Positions 46,917 to 56,526 of a stretch of DNA of 64,000 bases are shown piece after piece; the stretch's first letter is position 1; every line of letters begins with the position of its first letter. The translations under genes and the position numbers were made by a program. Location: assembly GCA_043732705.1 (NCBI GenBank), contig JAYTHE010000011.1, positions 7,605 to 71,604 on the forward strand, in the 5' to 3' direction. Under the pieces are notes generated by a model that worked only from the letters and a program-made list of their open reading frames with translations, was not told the origin of the DNA and did no database searches. Source of the stretch: Candidatus Omnitrophota bacterium (lineage in GTDB: Bacteria; Omnitrophota; Omnitrophia; Omnitrophales; Aquincolibacteriaceae).

Positions 46917-49310
46917 CTAATAGAGGTAGGCGTCTGGAGAATACCGAGCACCGTACGAAGAAGAAAAGTAACCTTGCTGTTCATTGGAACCATCTACAGT
47001 TTGTCCGATTCGAGGATCTGAAATTGTCGCTTGATTCGTCCCCGTGCTCAAATGAATCCCGGGGTAGGACTGCATTCTTAAATTAAAGAAAAGTTCGCGA
47101 TTTGAACTCTCAACCAAAGATTGCCGCATATCAAAGCCAAAATCTAAAAACAGGTCGCATCCTAAATTGCGCGTGGCGGAAACCTGCCATTCTTCAAAAT
47201 TACGATGAGTCGCATTCCAACGCGTGTATCCGGCGACGTCCCAACGTGAGTTGATGGTGTAGCGCCCTTCAAAAACAAATTGATTTCCCGCCGTGGGTTG
47301 ATTTCCAAAAATATCTTCTAACGCTCCCTCGCGCTCAAGTTGATCGGGATGCACATAGCGGTGTCCGAACAGCAGGCGCCAGCGGTCGCGCTGAAAAATA
47401 AGATCCTGGCTAAACTTTCCGATTTGCTTACGCTCAACGTCATGTTCAAGCTTGGCTTCATAAAGCAGCCAATTATAAGGCCTCAACGTCAGCTCATTGC
47501 CCAAAGTCGTAAAAGCGCTTCCCCTGCGGTCCAGCGGCTGGTAATCATATCGAACAAAGGTATTCATACTGACGATATCCACGCGCTGCATGGTTCCGTT
47601 CACGACACGTTTGGTTTGAAGTCGGTTATCCATTCCAAATTGCAAACGCATGGTATTTCCGAACTGATCAATTGAATCAAATTGATTGATTTTCGCGGGA
47701 GCAAGATTAGTTTCAGAAGCTTCAATCTGAAAATTGGGTTCAAAAACATGCCGCAATTGGTTGATTTCAACGCCCCATTTATTCGTGTTGGTCGCCATAG
47801 TTTTATAAAACTGCTCGCGCAAGTCAATTCCTTGATTGGCAACGACGCGCAAGTGATCATTATCACCCATTTTATCCCTGCTGTAATAAGTTGAACGCAG
47901 TCCAGTGAAAGGCATGATTTTAATTTCATTCCAATTGACGGGATAATAGAAATGAGTGACCGCATCGCCCCGGACAACATCTGCATTTAATCCGGCTCGT
48001 CCAAACTGTTTTGACATATTGTCAAAACTTGTCTGACTTTCGTTATATAAATTTTTAATCAAGACGGGTTGATTCTTCAGATCAGCGCGGATTTGCGGCA
48101 AATGCTCGATTGTTTTTTCATAACTATTCATCTTCTTTTCTGTATGAACCAACACGCCATACTTTTCAGTGTTATGGGTTAATGTCACGAAAGAGCTGGG
48201 CTGAATTTCCGTGCGGTGCTCGCGATGAAAAAAATCTTGAAGGAAATATTCATCTGCGACACGGTGATAACGCAAGATCAAATGGGTACCGGGAGCAAAA
48301 TCCGTGCGATGCCGCCAGCTAATACGTCCGCGAGCACGGTCCTGCTTTAACTCATAAGGATTTTCGCGTCCGCTTAAATCAAGATGGCCGGGGGTTGGAG
48401 CTTCTTTATCTTGAGTCCAATACAATTTAACGTCGCCTTTGGCCCACTTATCAAAGTTATATTGCTGCCGCAATCCCGCGCCAAATCCTTTTCTCTCGCG
48501 CCAATCTCCGTAAAGCTGTCCAGATAAATGCTTGTTGATGTAGTAGCCTTTCGAAATTCCGACATAATAACCAAATCGCCGGTTATTACCGGCAGTCACG
48601 CTAAATGGAACGCTTGGCACATTCAATGGTATGACCATATACGGAATCCAGAAAACCTTTTTACCCATCACGTACAGCCAGACATTACGGACAACAATTT
48701 TGTCTCCCGCGTAAATCGTGGCCTGCTTGGCTCGAAACTCATAATTAGGGTTTTCGGAACCACAGGTCGTAACGGAACAGTTTTTGATTGTGTGCAAGCC
48801 TTCTTTCTTCTGTTCCACTTCCGCGCCCGTTCCGCGCCAAGGCAAGCTTACAAAACGTCCGTCAGGGAAATTTCCGTGATGATTTTTAAAATCATAATAA
48901 ACTTCCGATCCTTTGATAGTCGGTTCGTCCTTTTTAAAAATAACAACATGGCCGCGCGCGGTGGCTTTACTGGTCTGGGTATCAAGCTCGGCATAGTCAG
49001 CGGTAATCTTGACGTCTTCATGTGTTAAAACGACATTGCCCCTAGCGATCAACAGATTTCTTACCTTGTCGTATTCAAGGCTGTCTGCCACAGACTCAAC
49101 CTGATAGTTTTTATTATTAAAAATATCTTCTACCGGAACTCGATTGATATTATCGGAAGCAGGCGGCCCGGACTGAGAAACAGCGGAAGACTGCGCCGCT
49201 GATGGCGCTATAGCGGGCTTCGCAGCCTCGGTCTCTGTCTTTTTAACGCTTTGATCCTGCGCCCATCCCCGAAAGGATCCCTGCGTCAGAATAAGCGCGG
49301 CCATGACCAT
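46917..49310 (-). CDS. lptD: LPS-assembly outer-membrane protein LptD (OstA family)
   Basis: Signal peptide (MVMAALILTQGSFRGWAQ), an N-terminal OstA-like domain (LIARGNVVLTHEDVKITADYAELDTQTSKATARGHVVI), and a large β-rich C-terminal region ending in an aromatic residue. The start was trimmed from the ORF-track 49376 to an internal Met, avoiding overlap with the upstream GGDEF gene. Confidence 0.8.
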   Translation of the reverse strand: MVMAALILTQGSFRGWAQDQSVKKTETEAAKPAIAPSAAQSSAVSQSGPPASDNINRVPVEDIFNNKNYQVESVADSLEYDKVRNLLIARGNVVLTHEDVKITADYAELDTQTSKATARGHVVIFKKDEPTIKGSEVYYDFKNHHGNFPDGRFVSLPWRGTGAEVEQKKEGLHTIKNCSVTTCGSENPNYEFRAKQATIYAGDKIVVRNVWLYVMGKKVFWIPYMVIPLNVPSVPFSVTAGNNRRFGYYVGISKGYYINKHLSGQLYGDWRERKGFGAGLRQQYNFDKWAKGDVKLYWTQDKEAPTPGHLDLSGRENPYELKQDRARGRISWRHRTDFAPGTHLILRYHRVADEYFLQDFFHREHRTEIQPSSFVTLTHNTEKYGVLVHTEKKMNSYEKTIEHLPQIRADLKNQPVLIKNLYNESQTSFDNMSKQFGRAGLNADVVRGDAVTHFYYPVNWNEIKIMPFTGLRSTYYSRDKMGDNDHLRVVANQGIDLREQFYKTMATNTNKWGVEINQLRHVFEPNFQIEASETNLAPAKINQFDSIDQFGNTMRLQFGMDNRLQTKRVVNGTMQRVDIVSMNTFVRYDYQPLDRRGSAFTTLGNELTLRPYNWLLYEAKLEHDVERKQIGKFSQDLIFQRDRWRLLFGHRYVHPDQLEREGALEDIFGNQPTAGNQFVFEGRYTINSRWDVAGYTRWNATHRNFEEWQVSATRNLGCDLFLDFGFDMRQSLVESSNRELFFNLRMQSYPGIHLSTGTNQATISDPRIGQTVDGSNEQQGYFSSSYGARYSPDAYLY

Positions 49311-49332
49311 CAGCGAAACTATTTTCTTCAAT

Positions 49333-50691
49333 TTACACCTTGTCTTTAAAAACCATGACGCGGTTACGGCCGTCATCTTTGGCTTGATATAAACATTTAT
49401 CGGCGGCTTGTATCAAACGATCCACTATGGGGGCAGTGTCAGCTGAATCCGCAAGAGTTGAATTTTGCGGATCATACGTTGCTATCCCCTGGCTCACCGT
49501 TACTTTTGCTTCCACATGATAGAGCTTAAACGTATGGCGCGCAATATAGGATCGAATACGCTCAGCAACTTCAAGCGCAGCCTGCGGTTTTGTCTCAGGC
49601 ATAACAACGATAAACTCTTCACCGCCATAACGCCCCACCAAATCCACCCGTCGAACATTTAATTTTAAAATTTCGGATACTTTTTTAAGAGTGGCATCGC
49701 CCACTAAATGACCGAATTCGTCATTATATCTTTTGAAATGGTCAATGTCCAACATCAGAAGTGAGAGCGGTGTTTTAAAGCGCTGGCTGCGTTTAATTTC
49801 TTCATGCAGACGTTCCATGAAATGCCTTCGCACAAAAACCTGGGTTAAATCATCAACAATAGACAAATCACGGATCGTTTCGTAAAGACTGATTTTTTTC
49901 ACTAAAAGCGCGAGAAAAGAACTTAAAACTTCTATCTTCGCCAAATCTTTTTCTTCAGCGCCCTGAATTCCAAAAACAGCGTATAAGTCATTCTTATCAA
50001 ATGCCGGAAAATACCAGGTGGTCTCATCGCGGATCATTTGACGGTTGCCTTCCAACCGGCTCAAGAGATCCTGGCTTTGTTCCTGGGAGTCAGCAAGCGC
50101 TACTTGCCCGTCATGCGTTATTTCGAGCGTACGAAAAAACTTTTTATCGCGTAAAGGAATCCAAATAAACACTTTGGAAAATAAAATTTCGTTCTTCAAC
50201 GTTTTTGCGAGATTTTCGGCTAAGCCTGAAAAATCAATTGCCTCACTCAACTCTCTCGCGATTTCGAACAAATTCAAAAGACTGGCCACTTGCCTTTCCA
50301 AATGCTCAAGACTTTGTTGCCTGGAATCATATTTTTTCCGTGACGCGTCTAATTCCCGGTTTTTTTCAGAAACTTTTGCGGTACGCTGCTGAATGCGAAT
50401 CTTAAAAATTTCTTTTACAATCACCAGCGCGGAGACAATCGCGGCGCAAAGCAGCCAAAGCATAATCAAGTGCTCCCATCCGGCATGCAAACCAAAGTAG
50501 ATTTGCCAGCCAGAAAAGACGATTACGCCCGCGATCAAAACCCGTGTCTGTTTCTCCGCCCACCAGTAGAAAAACGGCAGGGCCCAAAACGGTGATAATA
50601 AAAAATGAAAGACCCGGAACTCAATACTTTGGCGGGTAAATAAAAATGACAGCACCGAAAAGACGGCGAAAATCAGGAGGGCGCGCAGCAT
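49333..50691 (-). CDS. Membrane-anchored diguanylate cyclase (GGDEF domain)
   Basis: About 4 N-terminal TM helices, a coiled-coil/sensor-like region, and the GGDEF active site RYGGEEFIVVMPET. Confidence 0.85.
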   Translation of the reverse strand: MLRALLIFAVFSVLSFLFTRQSIEFRVFHFLLSPFWALPFFYWWAEKQTRVLIAGVIVFSGWQIYFGLHAGWEHLIMLWLLCAAIVSALVIVKEIFKIRIQQRTAKVSEKNRELDASRKKYDSRQQSLEHLERQVASLLNLFEIARELSEAIDFSGLAENLAKTLKNEILFSKVFIWIPLRDKKFFRTLEITHDGQVALADSQEQSQDLLSRLEGNRQMIRDETTWYFPAFDKNDLYAVFGIQGAEEKDLAKIEVLSSFLALLVKKISLYETIRDLSIVDDLTQVFVRRHFMERLHEEIKRSQRFKTPLSLLMLDIDHFKRYNDEFGHLVGDATLKKVSEILKLNVRRVDLVGRYGGEEFIVVMPETKPQAALEVAERIRSYIARHTFKLYHVEAKVTVSQGIATYDPQNSTLADSADTAPIVDRLIQAADKCLYQAKDDGRNRVMVFKDKV

Positions 50692-52115
50692 ACTCGATTC
50701 CTCCCCGCTTTTTTGGCGTCATAGAGCGCTGAATCGGCCTTTTGCACAAGCGACTCAATCTCAAGCGTATCATCAGGCAAACTTGCCACACCTATCGAAA
50801 CTGTTAAACGCACTTCTTGGCGGCGTAAATTAAAAACAGCGCTCTCAACTGCTTTACAAATTTCTTCGGCCTGCCTCACCGCGTCTTGCTTATTGGTTTC
50901 AGGCAAAATAATCGAGAATTCTTCTCCGCCGTACCGGGCTAATACCGCTCCTTCCGCCTGCTTTTTCAAAAGGTCGGTAAATTGCGTCAAAATTAAATCG
51001 CCGGCTTGATGTCCGTACTGATCATTAATGGGCTTAAAATAATCTAAATCGCACATTAAGAGCGACAAAGGCTTGTGTGTCAATAAGGCCCGCCTGTGTT
51101 CTTCGTTTAAACGCGAATAAAAATAACGTCTCACGTACAGGCCGGTTAAGGAATCGCGAATCGCTAACTCATTCGTGCGCTCATAAAGAATCGAATTGGA
51201 AATAGCGGATGAAGAAAGCATACCAATCGCGTCCAAAAGCCTCAAATCATCATGCGTAAATATATTGGAATGCCGCGAGTACAGCCCTAAAGTTCCCATC
51301 ACCCGCCCTTCACTGATCAGAGGTGTCACAATCAAGCTTCTCAACCCTTCGGCATTCATTTGCATTTGAGACGCAAATCGAAAATCAGACTGCGAATCCG
51401 TGACAATTAAACGCTTCCTGTTTTTGGTCACCCACAAATCATAGCTGTTTCCTTCCTGGGAAGCCGGTACGTCTTGCGGCCCGGAATTCTTCCGCGCGAC
51501 AATCGGTAAATGTCCGCCTTCGGTTTGTGCCAAGGTAATCGCACAGTAATTACCCCGGGCAATAAAGCGGAAAGTTTGCTCGACCAAAGTACTCGTGACT
51601 TCTTCGATTGAAAGCATTCGTGCTAAATCTTCGGCGAGCTTTCGGAGATTATAATAAGTGGAATACTTTTCAAAAAAAACGCTGATGCCTTCTCCCCGGA
51701 GTTTATAAGAAACTTGGAGATCATTGAGCTGATCCTGAATTTTCTCCAAATCCGTGTCTAGCAAAGCGCTTTCTTGTTCATAATCACGCGCTAAATAGAC
51801 GATGACAAGCGTGAAGGCCAGCAAGAAAGCGGCGGACCAAAGAAAAACGGATGTTGCCGCTGTAAAAGAAATAAAAATAATGAGAACAAACGCGGAAATC
51901 AGAAAAATATTGAGCGCCACCCAACGAAAGGCCGCCCAACTCAAAACGAGAGGAAGAAATAAGACAGCAAGCGCCAAGGCAATTTGCGAGAGCAAGTGGC
52001 CGGGCTCCACCGATGTGGGCAGCGCGGTCAGCTGCTTAATCGAAAAGAAGGCGGACGTGAAATAGATGAGAAGCGATACGGCCAGTAAAATATGACGTCG
52101 TGATGCGCCAAACAT
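50673..52115 (-). CDS. Membrane-anchored GAF-GGDEF diguanylate cyclase
   Basis: N-terminal TM helices, a central GAF-like domain, and a C-terminal GGDEF domain (RYGGEEFSIILPET). Confidence 0.85.
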   Translation of the reverse strand: MFGASRRHILLAVSLLIYFTSAFFSIKQLTALPTSVEPGHLLSQIALALAVLFLPLVLSWAAFRWVALNIFLISAFVLIIFISFTAATSVFLWSAAFLLAFTLVIVYLARDYEQESALLDTDLEKIQDQLNDLQVSYKLRGEGISVFFEKYSTYYNLRKLAEDLARMLSIEEVTSTLVEQTFRFIARGNYCAITLAQTEGGHLPIVARKNSGPQDVPASQEGNSYDLWVTKNRKRLIVTDSQSDFRFASQMQMNAEGLRSLIVTPLISEGRVMGTLGLYSRHSNIFTHDDLRLLDAIGMLSSSAISNSILYERTNELAIRDSLTGLYVRRYFYSRLNEEHRRALLTHKPLSLLMCDLDYFKPINDQYGHQAGDLILTQFTDLLKKQAEGAVLARYGGEEFSIILPETNKQDAVRQAEEICKAVESAVFNLRRQEVRLTVSIGVASLPDDTLEIESLVQKADSALYDAKKAGRNRVCCAPS

Positions 52116-52126
52116 GGCTGGCGTAT

Positions 52127-53230
52127 TTATCGGAGCGCCATGCCCGTTTCGGGATCAAAGAATAATGCTTTACTCATATCGAAGACAACCTGCACATCTT
52201 GATTCGTGCTCGCCGTATCTTGATTGGAAACGCGGACGACGAAATTACTTTCACCCGCGTTAAGATAAAGATAAATTTCAGATCCCATCGGTTCAACCAC
52301 GTCCACGGTAGCGGTCAGGGTAAATTCCGGCCGCGCGTCCTGCGCAAAAATTTTATCGTAAATATCTTCCGACCGGATCCCCATTAAAATCTTCTTGCGG
52401 CCAAACCGCTGCAGCTTGTCATTATCGCTCGGCAGCACACGCAGCTTAACGCCGCGGCTCATAAAATAATAATCCTGGCCTTCACGGACCACTTCACCGT
52501 TAAAGAAATTCATCGGAGGCGACCCGATAAAACCGGCGACAAAATGATTGGCCGGATTTTCATACAAAATAACCGGTTCATCCACCTGCTGAATCGCGCC
52601 TTTATTCATGACCGTGATGCGGTCACCCAAAGTTAACGCCTCAACCTGATCATGCGTCACATAGATCATCGTGCACTGCAATCGATTATGAAGCTTTTGA
52701 AGCTCCATGCGCATTTGAACGCGAAGCTTCGCGTCTAAATTTGAAAGCGGTTCATCAAAAAGAAAAACCTTGGGCTTTCGAACAATGGCGCGCCCGACGG
52801 CAACACGCTGACGTTCACCGCCTGAAAGCTCTTTGGGTTTGCGATTGAGATAGTTGGAAATGCTTAAAATTTCAGCCGCCTCGGTTACACGGCGCTCGAT
52901 TTCTTTTTTAGGGTACTTTCTCAGCTTAAGCGCGAATGCCAGGTTTTCATAAATGGTCATATGCGGATAAAGCGCATAGTTTTGGAAGACCATGGCGATA
53001 TCGCGGTTTTTTGCGGGAATATCGTTCACCAGCACATCGTCGATAAAAATTTGTCCTTCCGTGATTTCTTCAAGACCCGCGACCATTCGCAAAGTGGTAG
53101 ATTTGCCGCAGCCCGACGGCCCGACCAACACCATAAACTCTTTGTCCTCAATTTCCAAATTAACGTTTTTAACGACTTGATTGCCGTTTGAATAGGTTTT
53201 GCAGATATTACGAAGACTCACACGGGCCAT
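52127..53230 (-). CDS. ABC transporter ATP-binding protein, MalK/UgpC/MsmK-type sugar-import ATPase (stand-alone)
   Basis: Walker A GPSGCGKST, signature LSGGERQRVAVGRA, Walker B VFLFDEPLSNLD, and a C-terminal TOBE-like domain. Confidence 0.85.
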   Translation of the reverse strand: MARVSLRNICKTYSNGNQVVKNVNLEIEDKEFMVLVGPSGCGKSTTLRMVAGLEEITEGQIFIDDVLVNDIPAKNRDIAMVFQNYALYPHMTIYENLAFALKLRKYPKKEIERRVTEAAEILSISNYLNRKPKELSGGERQRVAVGRAIVRKPKVFLFDEPLSNLDAKLRVQMRMELQKLHNRLQCTMIYVTHDQVEALTLGDRITVMNKGAIQQVDEPVILYENPANHFVAGFIGSPPMNFFNGEVVREGQDYYFMSRGVKLRVLPSDNDKLQRFGRKKILMGIRSEDIYDKIFAQDARPEFTLTATVDVVEPMGSEIYLYLNAGESNFVVRVSNQDTASTNQDVQVVFDMSKALFFDPETGMALR

Positions 53231-53240
53231 GAAATACTCC

Positions 53241-54077
53241 TTATTTCCTTCCTGCCAAAAGTTCTAGCAGAAGCGCAAGCGAAGATTTTAGCTGGTGCCG
53301 TGAAATCACGGAATCCACCATTCCTTTTCTTAAAACAAATTCAGAAGTCTGAAAATCATCCGGTAATTTTTGACGAATCGTCTGCTCAATCACGCGCGGG
53401 CCGGCAAAACCAATCAAGGCCCGGGGCTCCGCTAAAATAACATCGCCAAGCGACGCGAAACTTGCCATCACCCCGCCCATCGTCGGGTTTGTAAGAACTG
53501 ATATATAAAGAAGTCCCGCTTTTTGAAAGCGATTGAGCGCGAGCGATGTTTTTGCCATTTGCATTAAACTGAGTGCGCCTTCATACATGCGCGCTCCGCC
53601 GCCAGAACCAGAAACAATTATCACGGGGAGCTTCTTTTCGAGGCAAGTTTCGATCAGCCTTGTGATCTTTTCACCGACAACGGAGCCCATCGACCCCATG
53701 ATAAAACGGGAATCCGTTACCGCTAAACCGCAGGCTTGGCCGCTAATCTTCGTCAACCCTGTTAAACACGCATCTTTGAGTCCGGTTTTCTTTTGATCCT
53801 GACGGATTTTTTCCTTATAGGACTTAACTGCGGAAAAATTGAGCGGGTCCTGAGAGATAAGACCGGCATTGATTTCGTTGAAAGTTCCCTCATCCACGAG
53901 CTGGGTAATACGCTCGGCGGCTCCGACAATAAAATGGTATTCACACTTCGGACAAACCGAGAGATTGTCTTTAAGCGCCTTATTAAAGATAATACTGTCG
54001 CACTCAGGACATTTTGTCCAAAGACCTGCAGGGATACTTCTCTTTCGGATCGGGCTCGGAGCGGAACTTTCAGCCAT
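53241..54077 (-). CDS. accD: Acetyl-CoA carboxylase carboxyltransferase subunit beta
   Basis: N-terminal C4 zinc ribbon CPECDSIIF...CPKCEYHF, followed by a carboxyltransferase domain (GGARMYEG...GG.MAS). Confidence 0.85.
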   Translation of the reverse strand: MAESSAPSPIRKRSIPAGLWTKCPECDSIIFNKALKDNLSVCPKCEYHFIVGAAERITQLVDEGTFNEINAGLISQDPLNFSAVKSYKEKIRQDQKKTGLKDACLTGLTKISGQACGLAVTDSRFIMGSMGSVVGEKITRLIETCLEKKLPVIIVSGSGGGARMYEGALSLMQMAKTSLALNRFQKAGLLYISVLTNPTMGGVMASFASLGDVILAEPRALIGFAGPRVIEQTIRQKLPDDFQTSEFVLRKGMVDSVISRHQLKSSLALLLELLAGRK

Positions 54078-54205
54078 GAAGATGGTGACCCTTCGTTAAG
54101 TTTTAGATACAATGCTTAAAACGACAGATTGCCGACCGGGAATTATAGAAAAAACATCCCTACACGGTCAATCTATTCTTCCGGTTCGGGGGCCGGAGTT
54201 AATTC

Positions 54206-55609
54206 ATGGATCAGCGCGCTTTACAACAACAATCGCAGAAGCTTCATCTTTCGCCTCAGTTGCGGCAGTATTTGAAGTTCCTTTATTTGCCGCAAATGGA
54301 GCTGCGCGACGCACTGCAGCAGGAACTTGCAGAAAATCCCGCATTGGAAGAAATATCCGAAGCGCCGGCTTCAGACGCGGACACACCCGATAATCCCGAT
54401 GAAAAAAAGGAAGAGCGGTCTGTCTCGGATGAACAAGGCGCGGATTCCTTCCCGGAAATTGATTTTTCACGCCGGAATCAGCGCGATCTTCAATCGATCC
54501 ATCAATTTCAAGAAACATCACTTTCCAAGCCTGCCACTCTCTCGGAGCATCTCGAGCGTCAAATATCATTTCAAAATTGGACTCCTCAGGAAATGAAAAT
54601 CGCCAAATTGATTACGGGAAATTTAGATTTGGAAGGTTTCTTAAGAATTGATTTAACCGATATTGCGGAGGCAACCAAAACTCCGCAAGTTGAAATCGAA
54701 AAGGTTCTTCAATTGGTTCAGGGACTTAATCCTCCGGGAGTCGCGGCTCGCTCTTTAGAAGAATGCCTCCAGCTTCAACTCCGTCGAAAACATCCGGGAC
54801 ACCCGGTTTATGAAAAGATAGTTTCTGAGCATCTTTCCGACGTGGCAAGAAGAGACGCAAAAACGCTTTCTAGAAAATTAAATATCTCGATCAAAGAAGC
54901 TGAGGAAGCGATCACGGAAGTAACGCGCCTCGATCCCCGCCCCGCGCGTGATTTTCATGAAACACGGCATCTCCAAATTGTGCCCGACGCTCAGATTCAT
55001 TTCAAAGGGACTTCGCAAACTGAATTTGACATTGAAATTTTCAAAGAATATCTTCCCCGCTTCCGGTTAAGCCCCGAATACCGCCGCATGCTGAGAGATC
55101 CTAAAGTGGACGCCGCAACAAAAAATTATCTCAAGTCAAAAATAGCCGACGGCAGCCAGCTCATGAAGGCGCTTGATTTAAGAGAGTCCACGTTGCGCCT
55201 CATTTCACAAGAAATTGTAAAAACCCAAGCCGAGTTTTTTACGTACGGATTTTCGCACTTGAAGCCTCTGCGGCTAAAAGACTTGGCGGAAATTCTTGGC
55301 ATGCACCCTTCAACGATCAGCCGCGCTATTCACGAAAAATATGTCATGACACCTCAAGGAACTTTGCCCTTTAAAAGTTTTTTCTCTCAGCGGGTTGAAA
55401 CCGGCGGGGGCGAAGACGAATCACAGAAAAGTATTTTGATGCGGATTCAAAAAATGATTGAAAATGAAGACCCCGCGCATCCGCTCAGCGATCAGCACAT
55501 CGTCGAACAACTCAAGGCGGACAATGTGTCAATCGCCCGACGCACAGTCGCAAAATACCGGGAAATGCTTAAAATTCTGCCGACCCATCTTCGTAAAAAA
55601 CGGGGCTAG
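54206..55609 (+). CDS. rpoN: RNA polymerase sigma-54 factor
   Basis: N-terminal Gln/Leu-rich activator-interaction region (LSPQLRQYLKFLYLPQMELRDALQQEL), a core region, and a C-terminal RpoN box ARRTVAKYRE. Confidence 0.9.
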   Translation: MDQRALQQQSQKLHLSPQLRQYLKFLYLPQMELRDALQQELAENPALEEISEAPASDADTPDNPDEKKEERSVSDEQGADSFPEIDFSRRNQRDLQSIHQFQETSLSKPATLSEHLERQISFQNWTPQEMKIAKLITGNLDLEGFLRIDLTDIAEATKTPQVEIEKVLQLVQGLNPPGVAARSLEECLQLQLRRKHPGHPVYEKIVSEHLSDVARRDAKTLSRKLNISIKEAEEAITEVTRLDPRPARDFHETRHLQIVPDAQIHFKGTSQTEFDIEIFKEYLPRFRLSPEYRRMLRDPKVDAATKNYLKSKIADGSQLMKALDLRESTLRLISQEIVKTQAEFFTYGFSHLKPLRLKDLAEILGMHPSTISRAIHEKYVMTPQGTLPFKSFFSQRVETGGGEDESQKSILMRIQKMIENEDPAHPLSDQHIVEQLKADNVSIARRTVAKYREMLKILPTHLRKKRG

Positions 55610-55658
55610 CGACATTCGCGTCGAGTTACGAAGTTAACCGCGCGATAAACCATAAAGT

Positions 55659-55676
55659 AGCTGGTGGTCAGAATCG
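55659..55676. repeat. 18-nt perfect direct repeat of the tRNA-Thr 3' end (AGCTGGTGGTCAGAATCG), 179 bp beyond the tRNA
   Basis: 55659..55676 is identical to 55855..55872, which covers the discriminator base, the acceptor 3' strand and part of the T arm. This arrangement resembles an att-site scar left by site-specific integration at a tRNA 3' end. Confidence 0.6.
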
Positions 55677-55753
55677 GCGCCTTTCGTTCATGCCCGCTAG
55701 TCGCGGCATTGACTTTAGGTGGCCACTCGCCGCGCCCGGTCTTCTCTGCATTC

Positions 55754-55784
55754 AAATCTGATATTAAATCAGATTTTCATTTCG
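55754..55784 (+). terminator. Possible weak intrinsic terminator after rpoN (AT-rich 9-bp stem followed by a T-rich tract)
   Basis: Hairpin AAATCTGAT-atta-ATCAGATTT, followed by TCATTTCG. Low GC, so stability is doubtful. Confidence 0.2.
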
Positions 55785-55854
55785 TTCATCAGCATGAATT
55801 GCGCGGCTCACTTCAATTCTGCTTATTAAATGTCGCTCATGCGAGCGACTAGAA

Positions 55855-55927
55855 AGCTGGTGGTCAGAATCGAACTGACGACCTACTGTTTACGAAACAG
55901 TTGCTCTACCAACTGAGCTACACCAGC
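55855..55927 (-). tRNA. tRNA-Thr (anticodon CGU)
   Basis: The reverse complement folds into a canonical cloverleaf: a 7-bp acceptor stem GCTGGTG/CACCAGC, a D arm GCTC-AGTTGGTA-GAGC, an anticodon arm ACTGT-TTCGTAA-ACAGT giving anticodon CGT, a variable loop AGGTC, and a T arm GTCAG-TTCGATT-CTGAC. It is 73 nt long and the CCA is not encoded. Confidence 0.9.
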
Positions 55928-55982
55928 CTGAAGAGCGGCGATTCTACACAAATTAATCTTAAAGATAAAGCAAGATGAACTG

Positions 55983-56516
55983 CTAAGACAGCAATCCGTT
56001 TACGCATGCAAATCCGATAATCGTTTTCGCGTCTTCAATCTTGCCCGTTTTGATCATTTTACCGATTTGTTTTAAATTGAACTCTCGAATTTCAAATTCT
56101 TCGTCTTCATCTTTCTCGGCATAAGCGGGTTTTAAATTTCTCGCCAAAAAGAGATGCATTTTTTCTTCTGAAATTCCTGGGGTTGGAAAGAAAGCAAGCA
56201 GCTTTTTTAAGCTGCCCGCCGCATATCCTGCCTCTTCGGTTAATTCACGTTTTGCCGCATTAATAACGGATTCACCTTTTTCTATGCCGCCAGCAGGAAA
56301 CTCCCACATCCATCCCCTCGCCGCATAGCGGTACTGTTTAACCAATAAAAAACGGCCGCGTTGAATTTGCGGAACAATCACGACACAACCCGGATGTTCG
56401 ATTGATTGGCGGAAAAATCTTTGCTTTCCTACTTGAAGATGACATTCCACCAAAACGGAACGATTCAGTTTAATCAGCGTTTTCTTTTTTAAGATCCGCA
56501 CTCTTTTTTCTATCAT
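55983..56516 (-). CDS. Nudix hydrolase (ADP-ribose/NDP-sugar pyrophosphatase-like)
   Basis: Nudix box GGIEKGESVINAAKRELTEEAGY (Gx5Ex7REUxEExGU). The start was trimmed to an internal Met to avoid a 95-nt overlap with tonB. Confidence 0.8.
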   Translation of the reverse strand: MIEKRVRILKKKTLIKLNRSVLVECHLQVGKQRFFRQSIEHPGCVVIVPQIQRGRFLLVKQYRYAARGWMWEFPAGGIEKGESVINAAKRELTEEAGYAAGSLKKLLAFFPTPGISEEKMHLFLARNLKPAYAEKDEDEEFEIREFNLKQIGKMIKTGKIEDAKTIIGFACVNGLLS

Positions 56517-56526
56517 TTTCCTCTCA

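Noticed and set aside
52127-53230. MalK-like ATPase as part of a local sugar-uptake operon
   Set aside because: No cognate permease or substrate-binding protein genes are adjacent (its neighbours are GGDEF and accD). It was therefore reported only as a stand-alone ATPase, probably shared by transporters encoded elsewhere.
55664-55852. 62-aa plus-strand ORF between rpoN and tRNA-Thr
   Set aside because: It lies entirely in the tRNA-flanking non-coding interval that contains the 18-nt tRNA 3'-end duplicate and hairpins. There is no RBS-like context or motif, so it is more likely non-coding.
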